Positions 33,787-35,549 of a stretch of DNA of 35,549 nt are shown in pieces. Source of the DNA: Geosiphon pyriformis uo1 (Eukaryota > Fungi > Glomeromycota). Each line of letters begins with the position of its first letter. Positions within the stretch are counted from its first letter, which is position 1. The translations under genes were made by a program, and so were the position numbers. The notes under the pieces are model-generated. The model made no database searches. It saw only the letters and a list, made by a program, of their open reading frames with translations, and had not been told where the DNA came from. Where the stretch lies: contig JAAOMT010000175.1 of the NCBI GenBank assembly GCA_016748015.1, forward strand, positions 1-35,549. The letters run 5' to 3'.

Positions 33787-35172
33787 ATGAACCCCGAAAA
33801 CTACAACAATCTCAAACAATATTTGGAGACATTAACAATCCCAACAGATTGGTCCCCAGATGAAAAACATTGGTTACAACAACAAGCCAAACAATATTTT
33901 CTACACGACAACATTATCTATCATCGAAATTTCAAAAACCCAACCAAACCACTCAGATTAATACAAGAACAGGAAAAAGAGACCATTTTATACAATATAC
34001 ACTCAGATCCTTCATCAGTACACTTCGGAAAAGATAGCACCACCCAAAGAACACTAGAATATTACTTTTGGCCTCGAATGAGAAAAGACATTCACGAATA
34101 TGTCAAATCTTGTGATAGTTGTCAAAGAAGAGGAGAAACTCGCTCTACAGAACCTTTAAATCCAATCAAAGTTGGACAGCCTTTTGACAGAATTGGTATC
34201 AATTTAGTCGGACCACTATCTATCACCACGCAAGGAAACCGTTATATTGTAGTAGCTGTAGACTATCTTACTAAATGGCCTGAAGCCAGAGCCATTCAAC
34301 GAGCAGATGCAAAATCAGTAGCAAATTTCATCTATGAAGACATCATTTGTAGACACGAATGTCCAATTGAACTTTTATCCGATCAGAGAACACACTTTGT
34401 GAACAACCTGATACAAGAAATTTGCAAACGATTCAATGTCAAAAGACCTCTGTCTTCGCTCTACCATCCACAAACAAATAGACTTGTGGAACATTTTAAC
34501 AGAACATTGTGTGAGTTATTAGCCAAAGTCTCAACCGATTTTGAGCAAGAATGGGATTTTTTTATTCCGTCAGTATTACTAACATATAGGACATTAAAAC
34601 AAGATACCACAAAACACACATCATTCGATTTAACTTATGGAAGGACAGCAACATTACCAATTAGTTTCACAGTAGAAACATACCCAGCACAACCGATCAA
34701 TGAAAACAATTTCCAAGAAACGCTTCAGTGAAGAGCCTACACTCTGCTTAGCACATTGGAAGGAAAACGACGAATAGCAGCCACCCATATTGAACACTCC
34801 CAAGCTCAACAAAAAGAATGGCATGATGACAAATTGCCTTTAGTCACCAATAAATTTAAAATTGGAAACAAAGTTCTCTTACACAGAACTAAAGCTGAAA
34901 AACAATAGAGTGGAAAATTTGAAAATAAATGGGATGGACCATTCTTTATCCATGAAGTCCTAGGCAACGGATCATACAAGCTAAGACTTGATGACAAAAT
35001 CCTAGCAAAAGTGGCACATGGAGATCATTTGAAACACTACCATTCCAGAAACAATCCTGAACCATTAATTCCACAAATTGGTACACATTCCCCTTTGGTC
35101 AGTCCCGAAGATATTCCCCAAAACTTAGAACCAATAGTTGTCATTGAACAACCTTTCAACCTGAATACTTAA
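33787..35172 (+). pseudogene. Integrase ORF (HHCC, DDE core, GPF motif; no chromodomain), with two internal stops (34729, 34906)
   Basis: H..HFG...CDSC, IGINLVGP, VDYLTKW, SDQRTHF, YHPQTNRLVEHFNRTL and WDGPF. Ends ...PFNLNT* at 35172. Confidence 0.95.
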
Positions 35173-35288
35173 TTTAATTTTACTAGTTATTTTCTTATAA
35201 TTTAGAAACAATCTCACAAAAACAAAACAAAAATAACATAAAAACCCATACACCAAAAATAATTTTCTTTTATTTCAAATTGCTTATA

Positions 35289-35549
35289 ATGACTATTCCT
35301 CAAAACATTCAACAATTATCCCAAAAACTAATGTTAGCTTTAAAAACAATACCCAAATTATCCATTACTGTTACTGGAAAACACATTAATTATACCCAAA
35401 CAGAAGAAGTTACAAATTTAGCCCCAAACTCACGAAAATATTACCCATATAAGAAGAACACAAGAAGTTATACTGGAATTCACCTGCCAGAACTTTTAAA
35501 GCTTGCTTTAAGAGAAAACCTAATGCTCACTTTGATTAGTATTCCACCA
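35289..35549 (+). CDS. Putative ORF3 downstream of the integrase, open to the window end (87 codons), function unknown
   Basis: ATG at 35289 starts MTIPQNIQQLSQKLMLALKTIPKLSITVTGKHINYTQ...LTLISIPP with no stop. No PPT or 3' LTR is reached within the window. Confidence 0.55.
   Translation, partial: MTIPQNIQQLSQKLMLALKTIPKLSITVTGKHINYTQTEEVTNLAPNSRKYYPYKKNTRSYTGIHLPELLKLALRENLMLTLISIPP

Larger units (their letters stand above)
27116..35549 (+). mobile_element. Family B Ty3/Gypsy LTR retrotransposon with dUTPase; best-preserved copy, runs off the right edge
   Basis: LTR, PBS, gag-CCHC, PR, dUTPase, RT, RNase H and integrase in Gypsy order. Inactivated mainly by single-base stops. Confidence 0.97.

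Noticed and set aside
34920-35172. Chromodomain at the integrase C-terminus
   Set aside because: Only a short Pro-rich tail follows the GPF module, with no chromodomain motif.
27116-35549. Alternative genetic code or programmed readthrough explaining the in-frame stops
   Set aside because: The stops are a mix of TAG, TGA and TAA at Trp/Arg/Gln positions and mostly differ between the two copies, which fits C>T/G>A mutation. The shared stops are reported separately as findings.
12285-35549. One giant inverted-repeat element (DIRS/Polinton-like) or an inverted segmental duplication
   Set aside because: The arms are diverged and have different LINE breakpoints. No tyrosine recombinase, polB or capsid genes are seen.

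Overview
This window is a very AT-rich eukaryotic nest of retrotransposons with no host gene, rRNA, tRNA or CRISPR array that I can support. The repeats resemble, from memory and unverified, those of Glomeromycotina fungi such as Geosiphon. From left to right: (1) a heavily decayed Ty3/Gypsy element, 'family A', on the - strand (1-4679; 5' LTR 3829-4679; its dUTPase runs off the left edge). (2) The pol of a second decayed Gypsy, 'family C', on the - strand (~4720-12285). Its integrase is split by (3) a 3.6-kb non-autonomous family-A derivative (6009-9628) with two ~980-bp LTRs, a TTGT target-site duplication, internal tandem arrays and a dUTPase stump. (4) A moderately decayed 'family B' Gypsy on the - strand (~12285-20147), which has lost its 3' end and abuts a LINE RNase H. 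(5) Two convergent copies of an APE-RT-RNase H-CCHC LINE (20148-21230 +, 22423-27115 -) around a near-pure-AT spacer. (6) The best-preserved family B Gypsy on the + strand (27116 to the window end), inserted in the LINE endonuclease. Family B has an unusual layout: ATG-less N-terminal domain, gag-CCHC, protease, Cys-rich domain, dUTPase, RT, RNase H, a stop, then an integrase with its own ATG and no chromodomain, then an extra ORF3. The differences I inspected between copies are overwhelmingly C>T/G>A, a RIP-like pattern. The LTRs carry a segment complementary to their own primer-binding site. All alignments and translations were done by eye.
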